The notes: generated by a model from the sequence alone, not told the origin. A stretch of DNA of 64,000 nt from Antedon mediterranea (GCF_964355755.1 NC_092675.1:11713812-11777811), one strand, 5' to 3'. Shown: positions 35,496 through 48,677, counted from the first letter of the stretch. Numbers and translations: made by a program.

Positions 35496-37604
35496 TAATA
35501 TTAAGTATAATTATGAATTCACCAACACTTTCAGGCCCGGGCCCGAGTTTGTGTAGACCAGACTTCCATGCACAGCCACATGTTAAGGAATATGAATCTC
35601 TTTATGATTTTAATATGGTTCGAAATGATATTACACAACAACAATTAGACAGCAACTGTGCAAGAGTCCAACTAATAAAATCGGAATGATCAATTAATTG
35701 AACATTTACAGCATAAGACCCATACACTAGGACAATAACGATCGACGATAAATAGACAAATGTGCATTTTTAATACATAAACTAAAAGAAATATAAACAA
35801 TTCCTTTGATGAAAATTATATTTTCACACGTCCAATCAAATGACGTCATGATTAGTAAGACCAATAATTTCGTGACAATACAGCGATTTTATTGTTTTTA
35901 TTTATCATGACGTCATTTGATTGGAATTTGAAAAACATTATTTTTATCAAAGACAGCATAAATGATTATCCTATAGGTCTAGAACGAAAACCTTTCTAAT
36001 TTCTTTTGGTTTATGTAAAAGAAATGCATGCTTATAATATATTATCGTCCGTCGTTATCGTCATAGTGTAATTAGGCCTTTATACAAAAAAAAATAAATT
36101 GATTACGAAGTTACATGCCATTTTCACCTATCACCAAAAAACTAACCTTTTCAACACTAATTAATTGTTACGAAGCCAATTTATATTATATATTTCATTA
36201 AAACTGAACTTTACGGTAAATGAAGAGTAAGTATCAGTTAATATGAATAATATAACTAGTAGGTCTATGAACTTGCGTCCAGACACAGAACTGTAACATT
36301 ACTATCATAAATGTTGAAACCACTTATAAAACCTTTTTTTAAAGAAAATATAATTGTGCTAGGAGAAGGCTAATAAACAAATAGATAATGTAGGCCTACA
36401 AACCTTTTTCTGGATTAATTAATGGAGCAGGCGTTCCTAATAATCTGCTGCTGCTACCTAGACTGATTGTTCACCTTCTGACGATAATTGATTGGACCTA
36501 CCCCCCCCCCCCCCCCCCCCCACGGCATCTGATAACCAAAAAAAATTTACCAGGACTGTTTCAATGATTTAATATCTGACGGCGTATTATTATAACATTG
36601 GCCTAGATTGACAGTCATAAAAAAGAAAGTCATTGTAAATACTTCCCTTTATGTTGACAGAGCCAAAATAAAGTTTTGACCATTATCGAATGATTATTTG
36701 ACAGTGACTTATTATAATACCGGCCTGGTTGACAGCAAAAACGAAGTTATTATTTATTAAACAAGATTTTACAGATTTCCGTCTACATCTCAATAATACT
36801 GTATTATCAGCAAAGGCTTTCATATAGACTCTCTTCTCCCAGACGTTTTTTGGGTCCAGCAGCTACCTATAAATTATAGTCGAGTTTCCAAATTCACAAA
36901 ACTGTCAGCCTTAGATACTAAAGCTACCGCTATGAAACAGCTTATTAATGAATGTGTCCTCCTGGGACATAGCTGGCTAGAGCCGCGGCGCGAAAACAAA
37001 ACATATTCTTGCTTATAGAGTAGTTCTCTTGAGTTTAACACAATGGAACTAGCGGCAAAATGAATGTATTATGTAGAAAGAATAAAAAAAATAAATAAAG
37101 GAAGAAAGATATCTTGAATAAAAAACCAGAAGCCTTACTCATTATTTAGTTGGCCATGTAGGCCCCTTGGTTTCGGAAATTGTTTCCAGTTGTGTCGATG
37201 ACTTCGAAAAAATGTTGTCAAAACACTTGTATTTAAGTGTGCTTCAAGATCACAATGAGATGTAATGCACCGTAATAATAAATCGTCATCTTTTTCCATT
37301 GGAGTTGTAGTAGGCCTCTCTCTCTCTAACAAAGACATGTTTGTTGAACTTCATTGCAACATACACATTCGTCTTCCGTTGCCATTGGTGTACAAAAACC
37401 ACATGTACACCAAAAACTGTCATTCAGTCTACTTACTAAAGCTGTTGGCAGGGGTGCAACTGCACTATTATTCTTCTCCTTTCTTCTGCGCTCTATCTCG
37501 GTTGGTGAGTATTGTGGTTCAAATAAATATGGTCTTGGAACAGAATAAAAAATATCGTCGTCACTTCCATACTCTTCTTCTTCTGTTTCATGCACTTCAG
37601 CCAT
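33178..37604 (-). CDS. KolX-like protein (P2X7 C-terminal ballast/Zn-domain homolog); exons 37604-37139 and 33355-33178; apparent frameshift near 37338
   Basis: PYLFEP, WCTCGFCTPMATEDECVCCNE, CITSH, then QYRLVAYR..W..LGYKNRMVLPACLVKKIREKFPSPDGTYKGF; phase-2 GT-AG intron joins GA+A. Confidence 0.85.
34089..34243. mobile_element. Small MITE in the KolX intron
   Basis: ctctgtctacactgtcccaact ... agtttgatagtatagacagag imperfect TIR; internal gatgtgccca / tgggcacatc. Confidence 0.65.
34270..35390. repeat. ~58-bp tandem repeat (tatttatttgttgataagcccaatttt...) with displaced copies
   Basis: Five copies at 34270-34530; further copies at ~35080-35160 and ~35350-35390. Confidence 0.85.
35451..35491. 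repeat. (AT)n microsatellite
   Basis: About 20 AT units. Confidence 0.95.
35725..36068. mobile_element. Fold-back MITE with CACTA-type ends, TA-flanked
   Basis: TA|cactaggacaataacga ... tcgttatcgtcatagtg|TA; inner tccaatcaaatgacgtcatgat / atcatgacgtcatttgattgga. Confidence 0.65.
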
Positions 37605-39444
37605 GTTTTATCGTTATATGTGTCTATGATGAAATTAAATGAGAGTATTAAATTGGGCTATATTAAATACCGATTTGATATGCACTGCCTAGTAGGCCCT
37701 GGGTCTACCTAGTAGTATTCAATCCATCTGCCTAACCCTTCCTCTAGCTGGGCACAATATGATTATGAGTGAGGATTTCGAGTAAAATATTATTAATATT
37801 ATTATAATAAGTTCATGAATTTGTAGGCGTTCATAAACGGCGGCCATGCCCCACCCATGCCATGGCCAAAGGCCCAAAATAATCAGACCCACTCTAAGCT
37901 AGTAGTAGAGTACTACTAGGCCTAGGCTGGTACTAGGTAGGCATAGTACTATACTAGGCTCTTGCGCATATCAATTAGTAGCCTATTTATTATAGGCCTA
38001 GCCAAGTAGTAGAATAGGCTTACCCAGACTCCTACTAGGACTAGGCTAGGCATATATATAAAAGAAAACAGCGGCAGCAGAGCCAGAGGGGACCTAGGCC
38101 TAGGTTAGGCCTAGTTTTGTTTTCCAAAATTGAAATTACGAGACCCTGACACAAAAACAAACATAATCTAATTTTTTTTTTAAACTTACGTGATAAGCCC
38201 ACGATCAATGCTAAAAAACTTGTCTGGAAAAATTACAACTATCTCACACACGTCACACAGTTTACCACATCACCACACGTCACATACACACCACCACCAC
38301 ACCACACAGCAGCAGCAGAGAAAAAGTTTTGAGTCCGATATGGTTGAATGATTCCAGAACGTCATACGTCATGTTTCTACTAGCTACTCTTCGGGTCCCA
38401 TAGACAAGTCTCGCAAAGCGCAAACATTTCTAGTAAACACACTTTTTAAATAAATCGTAAAAAATATAAAAGTTGAATTGTTTTATTGTTTGTTTTGTCT
38501 ATCTGGATATTGAAGTGTTTCTTCAAAATACCAGGAAAACATTTTGGCAAATTTAAGTTAAAAGGTTAAATAAGCAATTGAAGTGACGGTACCTATTCTA
38601 TTGTATGGTAACAACAGCGAAAACTCATTAAGTAGATTATGCGATGCACCTGTGACGTCACAGCAATTTACGGCGACGGCTGTACGGCGAGCGCGTGCGG
38701 CGATATCCTCGATTTCGCGATGGTTCTGAAATCATATGTATACCCCTAATACGTTTTTAAAATATGGTCCTCGGTACAGTTGTCCTTTAATCGTGTTTAC
38801 ATGTGTCACACATGCACGCACAATTTGGGGAGAGAGCTACCTTCTAGAAGATGATGACGTCACACGTCAGCACGTGTTTTGAGGAGGATTTGAGTGACCA
38901 AAATTGGTTGGAACTTTTGAAGAAATAATCCATCGATGACATAGCAACTAAGCTTTTTAAATAATAAACATTATATTTAGGCCTCCTATTAATGTTTCCT
39001 TTTAAAATTAAATATATTTTATAAACTCGTTCCATAAAAACATGCAGTAAGCATAAAAGGAACAATTATTGGTTGCTGTAAAGGAGGTATTTCTATGACA
39101 CCGTACTGGATGCACTATTATGAGGCGATGAAGTAAACTCGTCCTTGAATGCAGGCAGGGGAATCCCCTTGTTTGGTACCTAACCTCGCACTGTGAGATG
39201 GAGCGCGATTAATTGCTCTCCTTGAAGGTTGTTGATCGCGCTTGCGATCCTTAAAAACGAGGGACTGCTTGTAGCTTATAACTTAGCTTATATATTATTA
39301 GCCTAGGCCAAGATTAGTTATAAAAGGTAGGTGGATGCAGATTCTGGAAGTCGCCAGACGGGTCGACCATCACACAATTAATACTCGCCCTTACCAAATA
39401 AAGGTCGCCATTGGCGACCGGGCGACCGTTAATTTTCAGCCCTG

Positions 39445-40262
39445 GAGTATAGCATCATTCCACAATTTACTGAGTTTTTGTGTCCGTTAAACGCCGAGTT
39501 TACGGACGATAGTGTTGAATGACAGCTGCATATAGAGTATACCATCATTCCACAGTATACTGGGTTTTTGAGTCCATTAAACGCCGAGCTAACGGACGAT
39601 AGTATTGAATGACAGTATTATATAGCATCATATTCCACAGTTTTACTGAGTTTTTGAGTCCGTTAAATGCCGAGTTTACGGACGATAGTATTAAATGACA
39701 GTAGGCCTATTATATAGAGTGTAGTATCATTCTACAGTTTACTGAGTTTTTGTGTCCGTTAAACGCCGACAGCAGAGTATAGCATCATTCCACAGTATAC
39801 TTATGGAGCTATACAATTTTATAGCTCCATGGTATACTGTATTGAGTTTTTGTGTCCGTTAAACGCCGAGCGATAGTATTGAATTACAATAGAGTAGCAT
39901 CATTCCACAATTTACTGAGTTTTTGTGTCCGTTAAACGCCGAGCTAACGGACGATAGTATTGAATGACAGCATATAGAGTATAGCATCATTCCACAGGTT
40001 ACTGAGTTTTTGTGTCCGTTAAACGCCGATCTAACGGACGATAGTATTGAATTACAGTAGAGTAGCATCATTCCACAATCTACTGAGTTTTTGTGTCCGT
40101 TAAACGCCGATCTAACGGACGATAGTATTGAATGACAGCATACAGAGTATAGCATTATTCCACAGGTTACTGAGTGTTTGTGTCCGTTAAACGCCGAGCT
40201 AACGGACGATAGTATTGAATGACAGTAGGCCTATATAGAGTAGCATTATTCCACAGTACTGA
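39445..40262. repeat. ~85-bp satellite, right part (~9 copies)
   Basis: Same unit as 28235-28484; each carries the hairpin tccgtta...taacgga. Confidence 0.9.
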
Positions 40263-43234
40263 GGTTTTATGTCATACAAATAACAATAAATCTGGGGAAA
40301 AGGCAGAATCCCAGAAAGATACAGGATCTTTGGTTGCTTATGCAGATTGCAATCAGCACATTTTTTCCGTGAGAAGAATTCCTGGCGTTAAATAAAGTGT
40401 ACTGTACCTTTCGAAATCCATGTTCTTCACAGTCTGAACTGATACAGTAAATTATTTTTAAAAATATTGTCTAAAGTGCAAATCTATTTGATTGTTTAAT
40501 TAATGAAATGTTATGGATAAGAGTTGAAACCGTCACAAAATGGCTCAGTCAAAGCAAACTTATTTAACAATTTTAACGAGAGGAGGAGCTTATCTTTCTA
40601 GGCTTTCTTTGTTATTAATTGTTTATAGTATGTAATGTAAACAATAGCTATGCGATTGTCTGGCGGTGTACTTTTAACGAATCGTTCATGGCCTAGCTCT
40701 CTGTAGTGCGGTATTCGCGTCAATATCATGTTACATCCAGGGATAAAAAATACGTATTTTTTTTCAGGTGAAAGTCGGCTATTAGAAATTTAGACACGTG
40801 TCGCCCGATGTACCAGGCTAAAAAATACCATGAATCGGATCGTAAATACAGTAGTATGCTTAGACCTATATATTTTTATTTTACCGTGTAGGCCTAGGCC
40901 TATATATATTTTTATTTTACGGTAGGCCTAGGATATAGTATTATACATGATTATTTTAATAAATATAATTATATACGTTGTTACAACGCGTTGTAACAAC
41001 AATGACCGGACTGCTAATAACCCGTTATTTTGAGTCATCATAGGATTTCACGCAACATACCATAACAAGGACTTTTAATAACGCGTTGGAATCATCGTTA
41101 CGCAACACTGAACAGTATGTCCGGTCTCCCGTTAATTACGCGTTAAACAATGGAGTGATAACAACAGCATAGTAGCTAGTAAAGGGAGGGCTTGATATGC
41201 CTCACTGAACACGCCCAACCCCATTTAAATTGGCTTGCATATAACGGTAAAAGTTGCGTTACAACAAGTTTAACGGAGTAAAAACATTTGGGCACGCTCC
41301 CTTAAAAACTTGATAAATACCCAAAAAATGTATATGGGTGTTTCCATAAATTAAGGGGCCAGTGGGTATTTTAGTATTGGTGATAGTTAGTTTGCTGTTT
41401 ACTCTAAATTGGTAATAGTTATTTAAAAAATGATTTTATCATATGATAGAACAATAATATGGGTTAATACTATTACATGTTGGAAAAAAAAAATTGCAAA
41501 AAAAAATGATTTTTAAAAAAAATATATCGTGGTGTCTAGCTCATTTTATTAAAATATGTGTGACATTTAAATACACTGACATATCAGAGTTTAAAAAATA
41601 TACTACAGCAATAGTTATTTTGTATTTATTTATCATCACAATAGAGTACAAAGCAACGTTAAATATAAGCTAATTACAATTTCCCACGATTTTTTGTTTT
41701 CCACACAACGGTCCGCGACGTCCAGCATCACAACGTAACATTTCGTGTCTCACTTTGTTACGTTGTTAGTACGATCTTTATTAGTGAACAGACACAAGAA
41801 GTACCACTATAATGACGAAAATCGAATTACATTCACTACAACAGATCACTGAAATTTACCTTACACAATGTTCTACAAAATGGCGATTTTATTTAGTCAG
41901 TTACAGACGAAAAACTATTTTTTTAGAACATTTCGTGTCTCGTATATTCGTTACGTAGTTATTCATAGACCATCGGTGGTAAACGCCGCGAGAGCTATTT
42001 CTGAAGTTGAAGGTCACGTGATTCAAGAAGCAGGCGAACTAAAGTCTCGGCGAAAAAATCATTGCTAGGATCCGCGCTAATTTCGAGTTACAGCGGTAGA
42101 GACTTTTCGTGTCCCTCTGTTACGTTGTTTCAACTGTTACGTTGTAAATAACTTCTACGCGCTTCATTGCATGTAAGTTTTGTGTATTTTTATTTTGTTA
42201 GTTTTTAGAATTTAGAAAATAGTGGGTTATAATGAAAAATACAAGAAAATTAAACGCCAAAACTATCTTCGTACTCTACGTCAACATCATAGTCAAAAAC
42301 TGGGTGTCGTATACACAATGAGACACGGTTACGTTGGTAGTTTGTTGATACTATATAGTTGATATTTGTTTTAATGTGGTAGGAATGTTGTTTATCTCAT
42401 AGCAGCTTCATAATGTATACTCAATAAACAGATATGTCTATAATTGATTAATATTTAACAAATTAATGAGCAAAATTGCAAAACATTTTCCACTAGGCAG
42501 GTTACAGCGTAACATCGTAGAAGATACGCCGTGTCTTGTTACGTAGTGTACTAGACCTTATACTGGTGTAGTATTTTGCAAATAATTAGCAATTAGTTAC
42601 CATAAAATCTTTAAATTTTACATTATGTGTTTGCTATTTGGTTATTGCTTCTATATGACACAGAAAAATAAAAATTTATTTAATTATTGTCACAAGAAAT
42701 AGGGATAAAAGTCCATAGTTTACAACCACTTTCAGAATAAAAACAAATTCGTCGTTTTTGACTATTCTATTTGTTACAGTAGGAAAAAAAAGAATTGTAT
42801 TTGGTTCATTTCAGTTATAATAAAAAACATATTACACAAAATAATGTGTAATATTAGTACATAATTTTGTTTATTTATTTAACGTTGCTATTCGACAAGA
42901 TAAAATATGAATTAAATGTTTACTATAATATACATTTAAAATACCCTCCACTATAGTGAGCGAGTCCAAGCAACTTGGTTGTCGCGTATGCGCGCCTATC
43001 ATATTTGGGCGATTTCACTTGATGTGTAGGGAATATTTAACTTGTTTCAATTACAATCTACGGAAGATATACTAAGGTTTTATAAATTTAATAATAATTA
43101 ATAACTTTATTTAAATTGATAAAAACAATTACATATAATATAAACGCAAGGCTGTGGATAACAATTTATTATGAACGAAATCAAATCAAAACAACAAAGA
43201 ACAATAGGTTCTCCTAATAGTAATAGGATAGTAT

Positions 43235-43760
43235 TACCACGTGCTTGGGCAATGAACTCTGCTCCACATTGCGATAAGTTTATTTTTAGCTGGCTCGGCG
43301 ACTCCGAAGCTGAAAGGGGTGACTGGTATTTCTACAGGTCTGTACGATAATTATTAAGGGTTTTCCGAAATATCACGTGCTTGGCTAATGAGCTCTCCTC
43401 CACATTGAGATCGCGTTTATTTTTTAGCTGACTCGGCGACTCCGGCGGTATTTCTACAGCGAGAGTGTATATACTCCATGTACGATGATTATTAATAGGG
43501 TTTTCCGAAACACCACGTGCTTGGCTAATAAAATTCTCCTCCAAATTGAGATCGCGTTTATTTTTAGCTGTTCAGTTTGATGGACCTTTATTTTTTAATT
43601 TTTATTGAAAACCAACGTGATTGCTGGCTCGGCGACTCCCGGTGCTCAAATTGGGTGACTGGTATTATTTCGGTCATGGTTCGGTGAACCTTTATTTTGT
43701 TGGCCAAAACCCACATGCTTGCTTCGTCGGCTCCCTACAAAGAGATCGCGCTTAGTTTAA
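43235..43760. repeat. Degenerate ~135-bp tandem repeat
   Basis: cacgtgcttggc...attgagatcgcgtttattttt(t)agctg-like unit at ~43238, ~43374 and ~43514, plus fragments. Confidence 0.75.
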
Positions 43761-44461
43761 TGGGGAACCTTTATTTACTCTTCGTTTTAAATATATTCCA
43801 TAGACTTCAACATTATAACTAGTCTACTGTTTTCCCCGATGTGGTTTAAAAACAATTATAAAAGAATGAGAAATAAAGTCAACAGACATTTTACAACATT
43901 TAAAAATAATACGTAAAAAACATTTATACCCAGTATAACTAAGACAAAATTATCAGTAACATATTAATTTTATTATAATAATAAAATGATAATAATAAAT
44001 ATTTGATGAATAAAATTAATATTTTAAACTAATAATCTGAAAAGAAAGCAATAGTTTTAGTCAAATCAATTTATGAGCATAACTCAAGAAAGACAAATAT
44101 ATACAGTGTTCATTTATTGTTTTATAATTAATAATAATAAATATTATAATCCATCAACATAAGATAAGAAAACACTTTCTTTAGTATAGTAGGCCTAACA
44201 TATTTTATAATAATAATAGATATATTTATTTTTATTTAAATTGGTATAATTTATATTAAAAATACTTAATTATACTTTATATTTCTATATGATGATGAAT
44301 CAAATTTAACCCAGATGGGCAAATCTAATGTTTCATTGTCATTTTTTTCATCTATACAGATCAGCAGTTTATCAACAATGTTACCGTTCCAATTGAGAAC
44401 TGCATTTAACCCCAAAAATAGAGATGCCGCATCAACAAAAAGACCAACCAAAGAAACATCA

Positions 44462-44661
44462 GCCCACAGACGGTTCTCGAATATACAGTAATTTCAGCGT
44501 AAAAAAAAATTACATAACTGAAATTAAATTATTAAACAGGGTTACCTCAGGTGGTTAAAATCAGCACTGAAAGTACGAACCAACTTTATATACCATTGAG
44601 TAAACATTTTAGAAGTAATGCGCGATTTACCAAATTTTTCCCTCACGTAAATTTATATAGA
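44462..44661 (-). mobile_element. Internally deleted remnant of the 2846-4286 Helitron family
   Basis: 44462-44505 matches ~2888-2932 and 44530-44661 matches ~4150-4286, including the A|TCTATA start; 3' hairpin missing. Confidence 0.75.
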
Positions 44662-46738
44662 TTATACGTTTTAATGATTGAACAAGAGTGTTAATGCGAA
44701 GTATATCCAAATGTATTCTCAATGATTTTACTGTAAATGACTATTAATAGTATATTTTAGCAGTTTGTTGTGTGCAGTAGTAATTACAGTTGTCACACTT
44801 TAAAAATAATGTAGTAGTTCTTGTTGACTTATTTAAGTGAACTATTTGGTGTCTCTGTTACACGTGAAAACTTCAATTTTTTATTGCATGAATTATATTG
44901 TTTTATTGATTAAAAGATAGTATTTGATATACTATTTTTACCAGTTTATCAATTGTATGCAGTAGTAATCACATTTGTTACACTTTAAAAATGGCTGCAT
45001 ATCAAAACCATTTCATAAAACATTGTGACGAGTTAAAGTGAACATTTGGTGTCTCCGTTACACGTGAAATCTTCCATTTATATTTCATGAACCATATTGT
45101 TTTATTTCCACATGGAGGTATGATCCTGATTTGACTTGTTGCTAGTAAATGTATATACTTGAGGTATATTCTGTTCATTTCTGTATTGTTTACATGTAAT
45201 TTTTAAACAGCAGTGACTTTACAAATCTTTTATATAGAAATTAAGTCAACTTTAACGGCTTTGCATAATTATTTCATAAGCTATTTTTTAAATTTGAAAA
45301 GGTGTGATTTAAATAATATTTTTCTGCATTGAAGATGTTCCCAAAAGCTATTTAAAAATCCAATTTAAACAGTTTTAGGTTATTAATAATAACTTATAAG
45401 AGGGGTAGATAATGTGATTTTGGTGTCTCCGTTACACGTGAAATTTGCTATGCATGTTGATACTATATAAATGCTGTTACATAGAGACAACAGATTTAAT
45501 GTGTATTTTGCTTCTTTTTTTTAGTTCAAGTACATGATATACTATTTAGAATTGATTATTAGACTTAGAATGTCACACTTTGAAATTCTGACCCTAATGT
45601 CACACCTTGGCCCCTTTATTTATGGAAACACCCATATGAATTTGGTCTAAAGTGAGACGTTTCTGCCCACAAAGTCGGATGTTTCGGCCCAAAAGTGGGC
45701 CGAATCGTCCCACCAAAAGCGGGCCGAATAGTCCCAGGCCGAATCGTCTCAGGGCCGAATCGTCGTGGAACCCTTTTCTACTCTACCACTCCCAGTACAA
45801 GAGTGCCAGGCTAGGTCTAGTTCGGCCTAGGGCCGGGTATATGTACTAGATCTCGGTAGGTTACAAATAACTATTGAAATGAAATATAATAAGAACAAAT
45901 AATCATATAACAGTTGCATTTATTTTAATAATAACAGTATAATAAAATTAATTATCAATTATATTTTTTAAATAATGATAATATTCGCTTTAAACTTGAA
46001 AATATTAATAATAATACTGACAACAAAAATAATGGTAATAAATTGATAATAACATTAACTCCAATGCCCATCATATTATAGGTTAAGTATTGTTCGATCT
46101 GTAAGATTACCTTGGTTTTACTATTTCATTTTACTTGTATAATTCGTTTCTTATTTAAGACTAAAATGTTATTTTTGATACTTTTCTTTCTGTTTTTACA
46201 TTGCCTTGTAAATGTGTGCCGCATACAAAAGCGTTCAATAAAATTTATCTTATCAGGGGAATTCGTTATTTACATCTATTTTAAAAGCATCACAAACTAT
46301 TTTTTAGTAGAGTTGTTAGTATTTATATACAGTACAGGTAAGTAGTAATTACAGTGAATTATCAAATAACTATTTATAATTAACAAACAATAATAAAAAA
46401 TGTGTTTTTTATTTACGCCGTTTCTTATACAGTACCGTATCCTAACTTCCGTTTGCTAAAGGTACGGTAAAATTGCATTACGTCAATTATAATTCCTTTA
46501 CTTCAAATTTGCCTATCAACATATCGGATTATAATTACGGGGGATTACGCAATCGATCATCATGAAATAGCAGGCCTAGCCATGGCCGTCCAGATGTGAA
46601 ATAAATGAGTATAAAAAACAGCAATATTAACTTTATTTTACCAACAATTATATTTTGAATGAAATTTAATAAACAACATTATTGCAAACAATTTCATTTA
46701 ATTAGTTATTTCCGATAGGTGCCGAAGTCTCTTGCACA

Positions 46739-48062
46739 TCTATATATAAATTATGGTTAATTCTGACATAGGCGAGCACAATGCAAAAACTTCGGTACAA
46801 ATCTCCGCCTTGGATACCTACCTTATCTATCCGAGATGTACCGCGAAACGTAGATTTGATAACATTAGTGTGCACGCCGACGCTATTGTTCCATATTTAT
46901 ATCTTAGGAAGATATTATAAAGAGTTTTTTAACAACATTTATGATTTCAACATTGGATTTTCCTCTCAATTTCAATTCTTCCCGGTCAAAGTAATTTCCG
47001 GGTTTAAGATAAGTTCACCTTAGTTTCAAATATTTTCTCTCTTTTATACACAAGGGAGCAGTTAAAATAATAGATTTGACCCTAAAGGTGACTGGAAACA
47101 GGCACTTTCCATCAATCAATACAGTGTCCCTTTGGAAGACGAAAAAAAAATTGGCCATTAATCATAGCCATTTCAGTTTTTTGTTTATTTTAAAACATAC
47201 CACACATGTGTGAAGGTACAGTAGTTAAATAATAGGAATTATACTGCAAATTAATAAAGATCAAATTAAATATACGCCATAAAGAATCAGAATATATTGT
47301 GGGGAATAGTATTATAAAATTACATAGGGAGATTTGATAAGAAATTTTTCGAGTGAAATCCCGATAGCTGAGTTTTATTGAGTAAGCTTGCAGGAATAAC
47401 TGTAGGCTATCTTCCTGTGTCCCGTTAGGACCGAGATGTCTGCCCATGTTGCAAGCCGTAATGTCTTCTTTCTTGGGCCCACTCTGTCACGGCAGTTAGT
47501 TTCAAAAGATGATTAAATTAAATAATGTAATAATAATTATTAGGATAGTATTCATTTGAATAAACGCCTCTCCAATAAAACATCACTTTGAATAATAACC
47601 CCCCCCCCCCTCCACAACCCAACTATCTAATAAACGTCCATCCACATATTTATAATAACACAATTATACTATTTGTAGTAGAATTCACCGCACTGTTATC
47701 TGCAATTTACCAAGCATTTGTTATTCTTTTTTACCACTTTTCATATCTATGAGAGGATTTCATTTGATTATAAATGTTACCACATTATTAGAACTAAAAA
47801 ATGTAACATATATCCCTCGAATAAGCACCTCCCTCAAATGACCTCCGCCTCCCCAAAGAGCCCTACCAAACAATAAAAACTATACTTTAAAATGTTATTA
47901 ATCATCTAAAACACTGTGAAACAAAGTAGTTCAGTTTTACGAATGTCAAGCATTTTCAATAATGGTAACCGACAGAAAATGTATAAGGAGAACATTATCA
48001 TTCCGAGAACCATCGTCTACACTTCCTAGAGGGGGAGCGAGCGAAGCGAGCTCACCCTCTAG
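46739..48062 (+). mobile_element. Non-autonomous canonical Helitron
   Basis: A|TCTATATATAAATT start; 3' hairpin ctagagggggagc-gagcgaagcga-gctcaccctctag ending CTAG|T; shares the subterminal cgagaaccatc motif with the 2846 element. Confidence 0.8.
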
Positions 48063-48677
48063 TATCATTAATTATCAACCAAAAATCTTAACACTCCTGA
48101 TAAACCCTATATTTTTCATTCGTTTGAAAATGGAATATTCTGAAATGTTGCTACAATACACAGTAGGAGCCTATAGTATTATTATGAGATAAACATTTTT
48201 TTACACATAAAAGCATAGAAAATGAAAAACAAAACTGTTTTTCTCAAAATGTTGTTTTCATATAATTTCTCACAGTTTTATAATAGACGATCCTCCAGTC
48301 TGTTGTTAATTTTCTTTTCTTATGTTGTCCACCAATCAGCGTTTCAATTTTTGTCAGAAAAACAGATCAAGTATTATATGTATGAAATGCCACATGTGCC
48401 AAAATATTGATCTTTTACTATATTATTACTAATCTATAGTAATAACGTAATATTGAGAATTTTTTTTTGGGTGTCTCTATTTTAGAAAAATCTACATATA
48501 TTACCTAATGTTGAAAAGTTTTTGTTGGGGTCTATGGAATTATTAACAGGGTTTCATTTGTTATTTTAATATTATAAATTAAGCCTGTTTTTTAATTATC
48601 ATTATTAGTAGCAACTCATCAATAATTATAGTACTTTTGTTAGGCTTTTTGTGTACAATCTGTTTTTATCCACTTTT

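Larger units (their letters stand above)
29006..38786 (+). mobile_element. Complete Kolobok DNA transposon
   Basis: TTAA|AGGACAACTG ... CAGTTGTCCT|TTAA; near-identical ~480-bp TIRs (29006-~29482, ~38314-38786); convergent transposase and KolX genes. Confidence 0.92.
28485..39444. mobile_element. hAT-like non-autonomous element hosting the Kolobok
   Basis: TIR cagggctgaaaattaac ... gttaattttcagccctg; flanking duplication gagtata (7 bp, 8 if the terminal G is shared). Confidence 0.75.
26921..41301. mobile_element. PIF/Harbinger-like non-autonomous element
   Basis: TTA|gggagcgtgcccaaatgtttttactccgttaa ... ttaacggagtaaaacatttgggcacgctccc|TTA. Confidence 0.8.
41336..45633. mobile_element. Non-autonomous TIR element (Sola-like if the TSD is ATAT; alternatively TA-flanked)
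   Basis: ATAT|gggtgtttccataaattaaggggcca ... tggcccctttatttatggaaacaccc|ATAT; repeated internal gtgtctc..gttac motifs near both ends. Confidence 0.7.
26486..45772. mobile_element. Mutator-like (MULE) non-autonomous element swollen by nested insertions
   Basis: 9-bp TSD CTTTTCTAC at 26477-26485 and 45773-45781; GG..CC ends; tandem cgattcggccc units on the left and gggccgaatcg units on the right. Confidence 0.8.

Noticed and set aside
39445-40262. CRISPR-like array / ORF 39859-40155
   Set aside because: The whole unit is repeated (satellite) with no unique spacers; the ORF is a by-product.
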